A stretch of DNA of 64,000 nucleotides from Candidatus Omnitrophota bacterium (GCA_015494465.1 WGBD01000006.1:10431-74430), one strand, 5' to 3'. Counted from the stretch's first letter, positions 49,071 to 59,405 are shown. Notes: generated from the sequence alone by a model not told the origin. Program-made: numbers and translations.

Positions 49071-49750
49071 TTGGCCTCGGATTCCTCCTTGCCCTTCTTT
49101 ATCACCTCGGGCTCGGCAGATACCTCTTCAGTTGCCTCGGTTTCCTGACCGCCTCCTGCGTATTCCAGGACGAATACGGCGGTATCCGGCGGATTGAGGA
49201 TCCTCACCCCTTCGGGAGGGGTGATGTCTGATACGTGTATAGAATCGCCTATATCCAGACCCGAGACATCCACCTCTATGGACTCGGGTATTGCGGTAGG
49301 TAAACACTCTACATCCAACTCCCAGACCATGTGCTCCAAGAGACCCCCCTTCTTCATGCCTACCGCCTCACCCACCGGCACGACCGGCACCCGCACATGG
49401 ATCTTTTCGGTAAGGGATATCTGGTGGAAATCCACATGAATCATCTCGTCGCTCACCGGGTGGTGGGCTATCTCCTGGACCAAGACCGTATAGGAGTTCT
49501 TGTTCCCGCTGGCGTCCTCCACCTCCATCTCTATTATCGTGTTCTCCCAATGGTGGGTATGGAGAAACTTCAAGAATTGGGAATAGGGAACATACACGGG
49601 AACCGACTCCTTGAGCCCTTTCCCGTAGATGACCCCGGGCAGGTTCCCCTGGGCCCGCAACTGCTTGAGGTAGGACTTCGTACTGATCGGCCTGACCTTT
49701 GCCTGCATACTGACTCTATCCATCTCACATCCCTCCTTATCCTCTCTCAC
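49067..49750 (-). CDS. rplY: 50S ribosomal protein L25 / general stress protein Ctc
   Basis: L25 beta-barrel N-terminal domain (RAQGNLPGVIYGKG) plus Ctc-type C-terminal extension with an acidic tail. Confidence 0.85.
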   Translation of the reverse strand: MREDKEGCEMDRVSMQAKVRPISTKSYLKQLRAQGNLPGVIYGKGLKESVPVYVPYSQFLKFLHTHHWENTIIEMEVEDASGNKNSYTVLVQEIAHHPVSDEMIHVDFHQISLTEKIHVRVPVVPVGEAVGMKKGGLLEHMVWELDVECLPTAIPESIEVDVSGLDIGDSIHVSDITPPEGVRILNPPDTAVFVLEYAGGGQETEATEEVSAEPEVIKKGKEESEAK

Positions 49751-50685
49751 CTAACCACTTGATCGAACAGACAACTAATAGAGACCTCCCAATGTATCCT
49801 CTTTATCGCCTCGGCAAAGAGCGAGGCCACCGAGACGACCTTCAGCTTTGGATGCTCTTTCTGGGGGATCGTGTCGCTTACGAACAACATCTTTAGTTCC
49901 GACCTATCTATCTTCTCCAGGGCATCCTTGGCCAGTACCCCGTGGGTAACCATCGCGTATATGTCCTTGGCCCCCGCCTTCTTCAGCGCGGAAACCGCCT
50001 CTATCAAAGATCCCCCGGTTGCCACGATGTCGTCTATTATCACCAAATTCCGCCCCTTAACCTCACCCAGTATGTTCATCGCCTCGGTCTGATCGGGCGA
50101 GATCCTCCTCTTGTCCACTATTGCCAACCCGGCCCCCATCTTCTTGGCGTAGGCCCGGGCCATCTTTATCCCGCCCACATCCGGCGAGACCACCGTGAGG
50201 TCGGGTATATTCATCTCTTTTAAAAAACTAATAAATACATTAATTGCATACAGATTGTCAACCGGAATGTCGAAAAATCCCTGTATCTGGCCTGCGTGGA
50301 GGTCCATAGTGAGGACCCTATCCGCCCCGGCAGTGGTCAGGAGATTGGCCACCAACTTGGCGGTGATAGGTACCCGAGGCTGGTCCTTTCGGTCCTGCCG
50401 GGCATAGCCGTAATAGGGCATCACCGCGGTGATGCGCTTTGCAGAGGCCCGCTTTAAGGCGTCTATCATTATCAGAAGTTCCATGAGGTTGTCGTTGGCA
50501 GGCGGGCAGGTGGGCTGGATGACGAAGACATCCTTACCCCGCACATTCTCGTTTATCTTGACCCTTATCTCTCCATCGCTGAACCGCCCCACCAGCGCAT
50601 CCCCCAACGGTATCCCTAGATAACCACAGATATCCTCGGCCAGTTTGCGATGAGCGTTCCCGGTAAAAACCGAAAGCTTATCCAT
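49747..50685 (-). CDS. prs: ribose-phosphate pyrophosphokinase
   Basis: 312 aa. PRPP-binding loop DDIVATGGSL and N-terminal FTGNAHRKLAEDIC. Confidence 0.93.
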   Translation of the reverse strand: MDKLSVFTGNAHRKLAEDICGYLGIPLGDALVGRFSDGEIRVKINENVRGKDVFVIQPTCPPANDNLMELLIMIDALKRASAKRITAVMPYYGYARQDRKDQPRVPITAKLVANLLTTAGADRVLTMDLHAGQIQGFFDIPVDNLYAINVFISFLKEMNIPDLTVVSPDVGGIKMARAYAKKMGAGLAIVDKRRISPDQTEAMNILGEVKGRNLVIIDDIVATGGSLIEAVSALKKAGAKDIYAMVTHGVLAKDALEKIDRSELKMLFVSDTIPQKEHPKLKVVSVASLFAEAIKRIHWEVSISCLFDQVVR

Positions 50686-51925
50686 CTCTCAACTCCTTCG
50701 CTGGAACACCAACCACCACCGCACCATCCCTGACATCGTGGCCCTTGGTAACCACTGCTCCTGCACCAACGACCGCCCTCTTGCCTATCCTAACCGGGGC
50801 TATGAGTATCGCCCCGCTGCCTATGAAGGCAGAACTTCCTATCGTCGTGCGATGCTTCCGTTTGCCGTCGTAATTGGCGGTAATAGTTCCCGCACCGATG
50901 TTGGTAAACCTACCTACCCGGGTATCCCCCAGATAGGTAAGGTGCTTGGCATACACCCGCTCCTCAAGTAGCGATCGGTTCACCTCAACGAAGTTTCCTA
51001 TTATACAATTGTCCTTTATCACCGTGCCACTGCGGATGTGGGCAAAGGGCCCTATCTGGCAGCTCTTCCCGATCTTAACACCCCTGCGGATAACCGTAAA
51101 CGGGAATATCTCCGTATCCCTGCCGATCTTGACATCCACCTCGATCCACACCGTCTCGGGCATGTGGATCGTTATACCCTTATCCATCAGGGACTCCACT
51201 ATCCTGCGCCGGGCTATAGACTCCACGACAGCCAGCTCCTTGCGGGAGTTTATCCCTAGGGCCTCATCCTCGTCGCAAAATACCGGCACCAAGGATGTCC
51301 CCTTGCGGTGCAGGTAAGAGACCACATCCGTCAGATAAAGTTCTTGCTGACGATTGTTGGCTTTGAGGGACTTCACCGCCTCCCTCAAAAGATCGGTCCT
51401 TATCACATAGACGCCGGTGTTTATCACCCCCGGATCCGGCCTCCGCCCGAGGTCTGACTTCTCAACTATCTCCACCACCACGCCACCCTCTATCCACACC
51501 CGACCGTAGGAGCCCGCATCCTGCGTCCTTGCCACCAACACCGCACCCGTACCCCGTTTAAGCCCGGCGCGGATCAACCTCCGCACCGAAGAAAGTCTGA
51601 CCAACGGCATGTCCCCGCACAGGATAAGGGCCCAATCCCCCTCTGCGCGGGCAATGGCCCGCTTCACCGCCCCGCCGGTGCCGTCCAGTCTCTCCTGCAC
51701 CACCGTCTTTACCTCATAGCCATTGGCGGAGATCGCCCTTTCCACCTCCTCCGCCTTGTGCCCCACCACCACTACGATGTCCTCGCCCACCCCCCGGGCG
51801 ACATCCAGAACCCAAAACAGAGACGGCTTGCCCAATACCGTGTGCAGGACCTTTGGCAGGGAAGAACGCATCCTCTTGCCCTTACCCGCCGAGAGGACTA
51901 TAGAGGTCAACCTAATCCCCTTCAT
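50678..51925 (-). CDS. glmU: bifunctional UDP-GlcNAc pyrophosphorylase / GlcN-1-P acetyltransferase GlmU
   Basis: 415 aa. N-terminal nucleotidyltransferase LSAGKGKRM, C-terminal hexapeptide-repeat acetyltransferase. Confidence 0.9.
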   Translation of the reverse strand: MKGIRLTSIVLSAGKGKRMRSSLPKVLHTVLGKPSLFWVLDVARGVGEDIVVVVGHKAEEVERAISANGYEVKTVVQERLDGTGGAVKRAIARAEGDWALILCGDMPLVRLSSVRRLIRAGLKRGTGAVLVARTQDAGSYGRVWIEGGVVVEIVEKSDLGRRPDPGVINTGVYVIRTDLLREAVKSLKANNRQQELYLTDVVSYLHRKGTSLVPVFCDEDEALGINSRKELAVVESIARRRIVESLMDKGITIHMPETVWIEVDVKIGRDTEIFPFTVIRRGVKIGKSCQIGPFAHIRSGTVIKDNCIIGNFVEVNRSLLEERVYAKHLTYLGDTRVGRFTNIGAGTITANYDGKRKHRTTIGSSAFIGSGAILIAPVRIGKRAVVGAGAVVTKGHDVRDGAVVVGVPAKELRDG

Positions 51926-51926
51926 C

Positions 51927-53147
51927 CTAGATCAGGTCCTCCCGATGCTCCTGTACGATGTGCATGTCCTTATCCCCCCGACCGGAAAGGCACAAAACTA
52001 CCGTTTTATCCCTATCCAGTTTCCTACGCAGGCGGGAAAGATACGCCACCGCGTGGGCAGACTCCATAGCGGGGATTATCCCCTCCAACTGGGAGAGGAG
52101 TTTCAACCCCTTTAGGGCAGATCTATCGTCAACCGCCACATACCTCGCCCGCCCGCTTGCCTTGTAAAAGGCGTGCTCCGGCCCAACCCCCGGATAATCC
52201 AAGCCAGCAGCAATGGAATGGGCGTTCACCACCTGCCCGTCCTCGTCCTGCAGGAGCATAGTCATCGCCCCGTGCAGGACCCCTTTCTTACCCCTGCAGA
52301 GACTGGCAGAGTGCTTTCCAAGACCAAACCCCTCGCCCTTGGCCTCCACACCGATCATCTCCACCGACCTGAGCCGATAGAACGGATAAAACAGGCCCAT
52401 CGCGTTGCTCCCCCCACCAACGCAGGCGATAAGCAGGTCCGGATAGGGCCTGCCCGTCATCTTCTTGAACTGGCGCCTGACCTCCTCCCCGATCACCGAC
52501 TGAAAGTCCCGCACCATCATTGGATAGGGATGGGGCCCCACCACCGAACCTATTATGTAAAAGGTATCCCGGACATTGCTCACCCAGTCCCGAATCGCCT
52601 GGGAAGTGGCCTCCTTCAAGGTTCTCGCTCCGGTCTTCACCGGGACCACCTCTGCTCCCAACAGGCGCATCCTCAAGACATTCAACTCCTGCCTGCGCAT
52701 GTCCTCCTCGCCCATGTAGACCACGCACTTCATCCCGAATCTGGCGCAGACCGTCGCAGTCGCCACCCCGTGCTGGCCAGCGCCGGTCTCGGCGATGATA
52801 CGCCTCTTTCCCATACGCCGGGCGAGCAGGATCTGTCCCAAGGTATTGTTTATCTTGTGGGCACCGGTGTGGAGGAGGTCCTCCCGCTTGAGATAGACCC
52901 GAAACCCGAGGTAATCGCTAAGCCTCTCTGCAAAGTAGAGGGGCGTGGGCCTGCCTGCGTACCGAGAGAGGTAGTAGAGGAGTTCCTTCCTGAATTCCGG
53001 ATCCCGTCTTGCCTCCTTATAGGCCCTTTCCAACTCCAGAAGGGCGGGGATCAAGGTCTCCGGGACGAACCTACCGCCAAATTCTCCGTAATATCCTCGG
53101 GAATCCGGAACTCTCATCTCCTGCTCTTCAGGTACTGATCTCCACAC
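51927..53147 (-). CDS. trpB: tryptophan synthase beta chain (stand-alone, TrpB2-like)
   Basis: PLP-enzyme motifs [14 protein letters not shown] and HTGAHKINN. No trpA adjacent. Probable start at the internal Met (~53117), overlapping the glyQ stop. Confidence 0.8.
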   Translation of the reverse strand: MWRSVPEEQEMRVPDSRGYYGEFGGRFVPETLIPALLELERAYKEARRDPEFRKELLYYLSRYAGRPTPLYFAERLSDYLGFRVYLKREDLLHTGAHKINNTLGQILLARRMGKRRIIAETGAGQHGVATATVCARFGMKCVVYMGEEDMRRQELNVLRMRLLGAEVVPVKTGARTLKEATSQAIRDWVSNVRDTFYIIGSVVGPHPYPMMVRDFQSVIGEEVRRQFKKMTGRPYPDLLIACVGGGSNAMGLFYPFYRLRSVEMIGVEAKGEGFGLGKHSASLCRGKKGVLHGAMTMLLQDEDGQVVNAHSIAAGLDYPGVGPEHAFYKASGRARYVAVDDRSALKGLKLLSQLEGIIPAMESAHAVAYLSRLRRKLDRDKTVVLCLSGRGDKDMHIVQEHREDLI

Positions 53148-53959
53148 CTGCGAGCCAAGGAACGGATCTGGGCGATAAGATTCGCCCTCTCGCTAACGCT
53201 TACCGCTCCCTTGGCGTCGAGGAGGTTAAAGGTGTGCGAACACTTCAGCATAAACTCGTACGCGGGATAGAACAGATCCCTTTCCAGCAGGCGCTCCGCC
53301 TCGGATGCGTATGTCCGATAAAGATTCCACAGAGCCTCGGTATTGCTCTCCTCAAAGTTGTAGGTGCAAAACTGCCTTTCCTCCTCCTGATGGAGGTCCG
53401 CATAGGTCACATCCTGATTCCAGTCCAGTTCAAAGGCATTCTCCTTGCCGGTGATGAACATCGCTATCCGCTCCAGACCGTAGGTTATCTCGGCGGATAT
53501 AGGGCTCAAACTCACGCCAGCCACCTGCTGGAAGTAGGTAAACTGCGTCACCTCGAGGGTATCGAGCCACACCTCCCAACCCAAGCCAGTAGCCCCCAAG
53601 GTAGGAGATTCCCAATCGTCGTGAACGAACCTCAAGTCGTGCTCACCCAGATCTATTCCCACATAAAGCAGGCTCTTTTTGTAAACCTCCTGCACATCGT
53701 AGGGGGCCGGCTTCAGTATCACCTGATACTGATAATACTTCTGAGTCCGCAAGGGGTTCACCGCATACCTGCCGTCGGTGGGCCTGCGGGAAGGCTGGAC
53801 ATAGGCCACCTTCCAGGGATCGGGCCCAAGACAGCGGAAGAAGGTCAAGGGGTGGAATGTCCCTGCCCCAACCTCGACATCAAACGGCTGGGCGATAACA
53901 CAACCGTAATCGCTCCAGAACTCGTTCAACTTGTGTATAAGATCCTGAAAGTAGACCAT
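53114..53959 (-). CDS. glyQ: glycyl-tRNA synthetase alpha subunit
   Basis: True start [27 protein letters not shown] (internal Met of the 365-aa track ORF; the upstream extension is an R/G/P-rich out-of-context read-through into tpiA antisense). Highly conserved GlyQ core [21 protein letters not shown]. Confidence 0.88.
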   Translation of the reverse strand: MVYFQDLIHKLNEFWSDYGCVIAQPFDVEVGAGTFHPLTFFRCLGPDPWKVAYVQPSRRPTDGRYAVNPLRTQKYYQYQVILKPAPYDVQEVYKKSLLYVGIDLGEHDLRFVHDDWESPTLGATGLGWEVWLDTLEVTQFTYFQQVAGVSLSPISAEITYGLERIAMFITGKENAFELDWNQDVTYADLHQEEERQFCTYNFEESNTEALWNLYRTYASEAERLLERDLFYPAYEFMLKCSHTFNLLDAKGAVSVSERANLIAQIRSLARRCGDQYLKSRR

Positions 53960-53961
53960 CC

Positions 53962-54717
53962 TCACAGGGCCGACTTGACTATCTCCGCGAAGGCATCCGC
54001 CTTGAGGCTTGCCCCACCCACCAAGGCACCGTCTATGTCCTCTTGGGACAACAGGTCCCTGGCATTGTCCGGCTTCACGCTCCCGCCGTACTGGATACGC
54101 AGGGCATCTGCCAACGAATCCCCAAACTTTTCCCTGAACCAACCTCGGATGAAGGCGTGGACCTCCTGGGCCTGTTGGGGAGTCGCCGTCCTTCCGGTGC
54201 CGATCGCCCAAACCGGCTCGTAGGCGATTATTATCCTCCCCGCCTCCTCCGGGGAGAGATCTCCGAGGCCGTTGTCCAACTGGGCCCTTACCACCTCAAA
54301 GGTCCGATTGGCCTCCCTCTCCTCCAACTTCTCACCCACGCAAACGATAGGAGTAAGGCCTGCTCTTATTGCGGACTTCACCTTCTTGTTCACCCACTCG
54401 TCCGTCTCACAGAAGTACTGCCGTCTCTCCGAATGGCCAATTATAACGAATTCTGCACCCACATCCTTCAGCATCCAGGCAGATACCTCTCCGGTGAACG
54501 CACCCTTCTCCTCCCAGAAACAGTCCTGGGCGCCCAGTTTAATGTTGCTACCGCCCAGTTCAGAGGCAACCGCGTAAAGGCTAGTGTAGACCGGACAGAC
54601 CACTATCTCCACCTCTTTTACATCCGCCACCAACGGTTTGAGGGCCCTTACCAAGGCAAGCGATTCCGACACCAAGTTATGCATCTTCCAATTACCAGCA
54701 ATGACCTTCTTCCTCAT
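53962..54717 (-). CDS. tpiA: triosephosphate isomerase
   Basis: 251 aa. AGNWKMH, IIGHSERR, AYEPVWAIGTG motifs. Confidence 0.93.
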   Translation of the reverse strand: MRKKVIAGNWKMHNLVSESLALVRALKPLVADVKEVEIVVCPVYTSLYAVASELGGSNIKLGAQDCFWEEKGAFTGEVSAWMLKDVGAEFVIIGHSERRQYFCETDEWVNKKVKSAIRAGLTPIVCVGEKLEEREANRTFEVVRAQLDNGLGDLSPEEAGRIIIAYEPVWAIGTGRTATPQQAQEVHAFIRGWFREKFGDSLADALRIQYGGSVKPDNARDLLSQEDIDGALVGGASLKADAFAEIVKSAL

Positions 54718-54844
54718 CCCTGCGCCTCCTTAAAGTAAGGTATCGCATCGAGGACCTTCAATTTGGGAGTGCCCATTCTAAACACACCAAGGTGAAAATT
54801 ATACCACCTAACCCAACCCAATTCACAAAAAATCTTTACGAGTA

Positions 54845-54877
54845 CGAGACAGATTCTTTCTGGAAGATTTTGTCTCA
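54845..54877. repeat. palindromic hairpin repeat, copy 1 (GAGACAGATTCTTTCTGGAAGATTTTGTCTCAC)
   Basis: Inverted repeat GAGACA...TGTCTC with a conserved loop. The TGA stop of the thioesterase gene lies inside its GTGAGAC arm (minus strand), and a T-run follows on the minus strand. Same orientation as copies 2-4. Confidence 0.75.
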
Positions 54878-55270
54878 CAAGGTGAGGGTGTGGGTCAGCC
54901 AATCGGGGAGGCGCAGGACCTTTCCCCGGGCATCGGTAAAGACATGGCGGGTGAACCCCACTGCGTTCAGGGTGGATCTGGTGCGCATCTCGTAATCAAA
55001 TTCCAAGTAAAGACCTTTCACCACCCTTGGGATAAGGGAAACATCCACCTCTTGGGGATACCTCACCGGCACCTTGTAGTGGCAGGAGACATCCAACACG
55101 GGAAGAAAGTAGCCCTCCTTCTCCAGATCCGCATAAGTGCGTCCGCACACCTGCTCAAACCACTCGGTCCGGGCAACCTCCATCCAGACCAGATAATTGG
55201 CGTAATACACCACACCCATCTGGTCGGTCTCGGCATAGCGGACCTTTAATCTGGTCTTGAACTCCTGCAT
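54875..55270 (-). CDS. acyl-CoA thioesterase, 4HBT/YbgC-like hot-dog fold
   Basis: 131 aa. YAETDQMGVVYYANYLVWMEVAR, the typical 4HBT N-terminal catalytic region. Confidence 0.75.
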   Translation of the reverse strand: MQEFKTRLKVRYAETDQMGVVYYANYLVWMEVARTEWFEQVCGRTYADLEKEGYFLPVLDVSCHYKVPVRYPQEVDVSLIPRVVKGLYLEFDYEMRTRSTLNAVGFTRHVFTDARGKVLRLPDWLTHTLTL

Positions 55271-55275
55271 ACTGC

Positions 55276-56091
55276 CTAAAAGACCTCTAACACCCTACCG
55301 CTGAAGACCTTCCGCACATCCCCTTCTAAAAAGACCTCTTCTACCTCTCCCTTATCGGAGAACTTCACCTCCACCCCCAAGACCTCTCCTCCTTGCGTCT
55401 GGACATCCACCCGACTGGATTCCTTTACTCCCATCGCCATAAGCGAAAGCAAGGCCGAGGCCACCGACCCGGTCCCGCAGGCGAGGGTTTCGTTCTCAAC
55501 GCCCCTTTCGTAGGTGCGTATGCGGATCTTATCCTTATCCAACACCTTTACGAAGTCCACATTCGTCCCTTTGGGGGCAAAGTAGCCGTGATACCTTATC
55601 TCTCGGCCCATCCCAAAGACATCTATGTTATCGATGTCGTCGACGAACAGTATCGTATGGGGCACTCCCGTATCTACATAATCCACCGTGCACTTTCCCC
55701 AGGAGCAGTCCAGCAATATACCTCTTGCCAGATCCTTGGGTCGGGTCAGGCGCACCTTCGCCCGTTTGCTCTCCGGGAAATACCAGCCCAACACCTCCCC
55801 CGCAAGGGTCTCCAGCAGGATGAATTCCTTACCCAACCTCTCAGAGGCAAACCTCACCGCGCACCGGGCGCCATTCCCGCACATCTCGGCCTCGCTCCCG
55901 TCGGAGTTTACAATCCTCATCCGCACCCGATCTTCCCCGAGGAAACTCAACAGCAACACCCCATCCGCCCCTACTCCGTACTTGGGAGTGCACAGCCTGA
56001 CCACATCCTCAGATGTGATAGGCCTGTCCAACTCCTCTTCCACCAATAGGACGAAGTCGTTGCCCGAGGCCACCATCTTGGTGAACTCCAT
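55276..56091 (-). CDS. dapF: diaminopimelate epimerase
   Basis: 271 aa. FTKMVASGNDFVLL and the second catalytic Cys region CGTGSVA. Confidence 0.9.
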   Translation of the reverse strand: MEFTKMVASGNDFVLLVEEELDRPITSEDVVRLCTPKYGVGADGVLLLSFLGEDRVRMRIVNSDGSEAEMCGNGARCAVRFASERLGKEFILLETLAGEVLGWYFPESKRAKVRLTRPKDLARGILLDCSWGKCTVDYVDTGVPHTILFVDDIDNIDVFGMGREIRYHGYFAPKGTNVDFVKVLDKDKIRIRTYERGVENETLACGTGSVASALLSLMAMGVKESSRVDVQTQGGEVLGVEVKFSDKGEVEEVFLEGDVRKVFSGRVLEVF

Positions 56092-56094
56092 CGT

Positions 56095-56868
56095 CTACTC
56101 CTCCAAATCCTTCAATATCAATTCCGCAACCCGCCTTCCCGAAAGGTACATCGAACCAAAGGTGGGCCCCATTCTCGGCAAGCCATAAACCGCGCTCACC
56201 GACATCCCGCATACATACAACCCGGGGAAGACCTTTCCGGTCTTCTCCACTACCCTGTCCTCGGAGGCCACGATGTGCATCGCCCCTTCCCCGACTATCT
56301 TTACCAATCCACGCTTCTCGAGGGTGGACACCACACTCGCATCGTGCCCGGTCCCATCCACCACCGCCTTCGCCTCGAGGACGATAGGATCCAGGGTACG
56401 CATAGGCCGAGGAAGGTACTGGATCGGGCTCCAGTTTATCACCACACCAGAAACGACCCCATCTTTCAAAACCACATCCTCACAGTAGGTCAGGTTCAAT
56501 ATCTTTACCCCTTGGGATATGGCCTTTGATATGAGGCTTGCGCACACATATTGGGCATCCGCCACGAAAAGCCCGGGCTGGACCTCGTCCACCTCTATCT
56601 CCATCTCGCGCAAGACCTCATCCCCCGGAGCCCGGATGGTCAACTGATTCATCATGTATCCCCCGGACCAGGCACCTCCCCCAGGCGCGTTGTTCCGTTC
56701 AACCACGACCACCTTTTTACCCGCCTTGGCAAGGTAGTAACCGGCCACCAAACCCGAGGGACCTCCCCCTACTATCACCACATCGGAAACTATCGCGGAT
56801 CTCAAGAACTCGTAAAACCTATCGACGATAGCCAAAGACACTTCCTTCTCTCCATAAGAGACAAACAT
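56095..56868 (-). CDS. thi4: Thi4-family thiazole synthase (FAD/NAD-binding)
   Basis: 257 aa. Dinucleotide fold DVVIVGGGPSGLVAGYYLAKAG, NAPGGGAWSGG. Confidence 0.7.
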   Translation of the reverse strand: MFVSYGEKEVSLAIVDRFYEFLRSAIVSDVVIVGGGPSGLVAGYYLAKAGKKVVVVERNNAPGGGAWSGGYMMNQLTIRAPGDEVLREMEIEVDEVQPGLFVADAQYVCASLISKAISQGVKILNLTYCEDVVLKDGVVSGVVINWSPIQYLPRPMRTLDPIVLEAKAVVDGTGHDASVVSTLEKRGLVKIVGEGAMHIVASEDRVVEKTGKVFPGLYVCGMSVSAVYGLPRMGPTFGSMYLSGRRVAELILKDLEE

Positions 56869-56886
56869 CTCTATCCTCCCCTAACA

Positions 56887-57153
56887 TCATCCAAAACTGT
56901 ACACCTTCCTAACCGGCTCCAATACCTTCCACCGGCACTTAAGCCCCTTGGGGAAGGTCACCAGGTCTCCTTTTCCTATCTCCACATTCCCCTCGTCGGT
57001 CTCAACTATAACCTTCCCCTCGTAGAAGTAGCAGGTCTCGGCCTCGTCGTAAGTCCAGTCGAACTCTGACACCGGACAGGTCCAGGTGGGCCAGGACTCC
57101 ACTCCAAGTTTCTTCAGTTCCTCTTCGGTTGGTTTGCGCACCTCTATCTTCAT
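56887..57153 (-). CDS. small cupin-domain protein (cupin_3 / DUF861-like)
   Basis: 88 aa beta-rich protein; ...FYEGKVIVETDEGNVEIGKGDLVTFPKG... resembles the two conserved cupin strands. Confidence 0.5.
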   Translation of the reverse strand: MKIEVRKPTEEELKKLGVESWPTWTCPVSEFDWTYDEAETCYFYEGKVIVETDEGNVEIGKGDLVTFPKGLKCRWKVLEPVRKVYSFG

Positions 57154-57974
57154 ACCTTACCTCCTTTTTGTTTTGGCACCGGTATGTACTCCACCGCCGG
57201 TTGATATCTGACCGGTTGGGGATAGAGCATCATCAACTCGTAAATCTCCGTCGGCAACTCGTTGGATACATTGAGTCCCAAGGCCTTTGCCTCTTCGTAG
57301 GTTATTGGATAGTCGTGCGTCCACCTGCCCTCGGAAAGGATCCTGGCCAGCTCCTCTGCCCTATCCTCAGAGTAACGATCGGACAATATGGACTTCACCG
57401 CCTTGCGCATCTGCCTTATCGCTTTCTCCGCCATGTCCGCCATAATCAGGCTCTCGTCCTCTATCTCGTCTACCTTCTTCTCCTCCCGCAGGCGCAACAC
57501 TGAGGCAGCGGGGTACTTGCCCAACTGAGGATCCACCGGCCCAAGGACCGCATACTCGCTCATCACTATCTCGTCGCAGGCAAGGGCGATGAGCGTCCCA
57601 CCGGACATGGCGTAATGGGGGACAAAGGCGGTGACCTTCGCGGGGTGTTTCCTCAGGGCGTAGGCTATCTGAAGGGAACTCAACACCAGTCCCCCCGGGG
57701 TATGCAAGACTATGTCTATGGGCACATCCGGATCGGTCATCTGTATGGCCCGGATAACCTCCTCAGAATCGTTTACGTCTATGTACCTCATCACCGGGAA
57801 CCCCAGAAAACGCATAGTCTCCTCCCGGTGCACGAGTAGAATTACCCGCGATCCGCGCTTCTTCTCTATCAGAGATATCATCCTCCTGCGGGCGGATTCC
57901 AGAACCCACTGTTGGAATATCGGTTGAAATGCAGACAGCAAAAAAACCAGCCAGAACAGGTCAAATACGGTCAT
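57150..57974 (-). CDS. membrane-anchored Clp-fold serine protease (SDH / NfeD / SppA-like family)
   Basis: 274 aa. N-terminal TM helix; ClpP/crotonase-like core HTPGGLVLSSLQIAYALRKH and YAMSGGTLIALACDEIVMSEYAVLGPVDPQ. Confidence 0.6.
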   Translation of the reverse strand: MTVFDLFWLVFLLSAFQPIFQQWVLESARRRMISLIEKKRGSRVILLVHREETMRFLGFPVMRYIDVNDSEEVIRAIQMTDPDVPIDIVLHTPGGLVLSSLQIAYALRKHPAKVTAFVPHYAMSGGTLIALACDEIVMSEYAVLGPVDPQLGKYPAASVLRLREEKKVDEIEDESLIMADMAEKAIRQMRKAVKSILSDRYSEDRAEELARILSEGRWTHDYPITYEEAKALGLNVSNELPTEIYELMMLYPQPVRYQPAVEYIPVPKQKGGKV

Positions 57975-57996
57975 ACTCCTCCCCTCTCGTAAAACC

Positions 57997-58653
57997 TCAC
58001 CGGGCCATCTCCAGAACGATTATCTTCTTGCCTACCATTTCCAGCGAGGAAATATCCAATTCGGATTTACCCGCACGCACCACCTCAATCCCCTCTGCCA
58101 GAGACAGGAAGTCGTCCAGCGTCTTAATCGGGAAACCCAACTTCGGCGTCTTGTAGTGCATCGGCACGAACACTTTCGGTGCGGGCAACTGCTGAACGAG
58201 CTCCATGGCCTCCCGCGGACCTATGGTGTAGGTCCCCCCTATTGGCAGCAGTACCACATCCACCTGCGCCAGTTCGCGGATCAACTTCGGATCCACCCAT
58301 CCCTGATCCCCAAGGTGGGCCACCGAACGACTCCCGTCCGAGACCACGAACACCACATTGCTCCCCCGCAGGCGCCCGCCTTCCGGGTCGTGGTGGGAGG
58401 CAATCCCCTTTATCTTCAACCCACCCACCTCGTATTCGCCGGGGCTGTCAAACACCTGAAAATCTCCCTTCACCTCCGCAACGCCCGCGTGATCGTCGTG
58501 CTGGTGGGACAGCAGAACCACATCAGCAGATACATTCACCCTGTCGTACCCCACCGCACCCTCAAAGGCGCGCCACTTGTAGGGATCAAACACTATCCTT
58601 TTACCGTCGGCCTCCAACAAAAAACAGGCGTGGGCAAGATAGGTCAGCCTCAT
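57997..58653 (-). CDS. MBL-fold metallo-hydrolase
   Basis: 218 aa. HxHxDH motif SHQHDDHAG. Confidence 0.75.
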   Translation of the reverse strand: MRLTYLAHACFLLEADGKRIVFDPYKWRAFEGAVGYDRVNVSADVVLLSHQHDDHAGVAEVKGDFQVFDSPGEYEVGGLKIKGIASHHDPEGGRLRGSNVVFVVSDGSRSVAHLGDQGWVDPKLIRELAQVDVVLLPIGGTYTIGPREAMELVQQLPAPKVFVPMHYKTPKLGFPIKTLDDFLSLAEGIEVVRAGKSELDISSLEMVGKKIIVLEMAR

Positions 58654-59393
58654 CCCTCATCACCTCCCTGTAACACCCGTCTGGGCAGGTACTCCTCGTT
58701 AACATTCATCAGGGAAAGAAACGCGTTCTTCACCACATCCACCTTCGGATTGTTGCGCTTTAGATATTTTAGCACATCTTTTATCTGCTCCCGACGATTA
58801 TCTACCGCCCAGGGGCAGGGAGGCAGTTCAGGATACTTCCTTTGGCGGGCGAGCCTCCTCAACTCCTCCTCCCTCAAGTAGACGAGAGGCCGTATCACGG
58901 TTATCTCCCCGGAAAAGAACTCCTGTCGGGGGCACATCGTAGATATCGTCGCCTGAAAGAAGACATTCATCAGGAAGGTCTGCACCACATCGTCCATGTT
59001 GTGCCCCAAGGCAACCTTATTGCACCCGTGGGCCTTGGCGGAGAAAAAAAGGGCCTTCCTGCGATACCAACTGCATAGGAAACACTTATCCTTTTCGGCA
59101 GAGGAGAGATCCAACCCCGCAAGGGCCTCCCTATTTACCTCGTACTCAACCCCCGAACGAGACAGGAATTCTTCCACCACCTGGCTGGCCTCCGGCAGGA
59201 CCTCTATGTGGCAGGCGAACAACTCAAACCTCACCGGACTGCGTCGGGCCTTTTCCTTAAGGAATTCCAAAAGGGCAAGGCTGTCCTTTCCCCCGGAGAC
59301 TCCCACGAGGATGCGATCGCCCTCCTCTATAAGCCCAAAATCACCGATCGCCCTGCCGACTCTTCTGGATAGGTAGTAGAATAAATCCTTCAC
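58650..59393 (-). CDS. PP-loop ATPase, TtcA-like tRNA 2-thiocytidine biosynthesis protein
   Basis: 247 aa. PP-loop VGVSGGKDSLALLEFL and Cys motifs (CFLCSWYRR; CPWAVD) typical of the TtcA family. Too short for TilS. Confidence 0.6.
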   Translation of the reverse strand: MKDLFYYLSRRVGRAIGDFGLIEEGDRILVGVSGGKDSLALLEFLKEKARRSPVRFELFACHIEVLPEASQVVEEFLSRSGVEYEVNREALAGLDLSSAEKDKCFLCSWYRRKALFFSAKAHGCNKVALGHNMDDVVQTFLMNVFFQATISTMCPRQEFFSGEITVIRPLVYLREEELRRLARQRKYPELPPCPWAVDNRREQIKDVLKYLKRNNPKVDVVKNAFLSLMNVNEEYLPRRVLQGGDEG

Positions 59394-59405
59394 CTTAGGC
59401 GCAGA

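Noticed and set aside
54714-54902. 62-aa minus-strand ORF spanning the tpiA-thioesterase intergenic region
   Set aside because: It overlaps hairpin repeat copy 1 and the 3' end of the thioesterase gene in another frame, and shows no coding signal or motif. Likely spurious.
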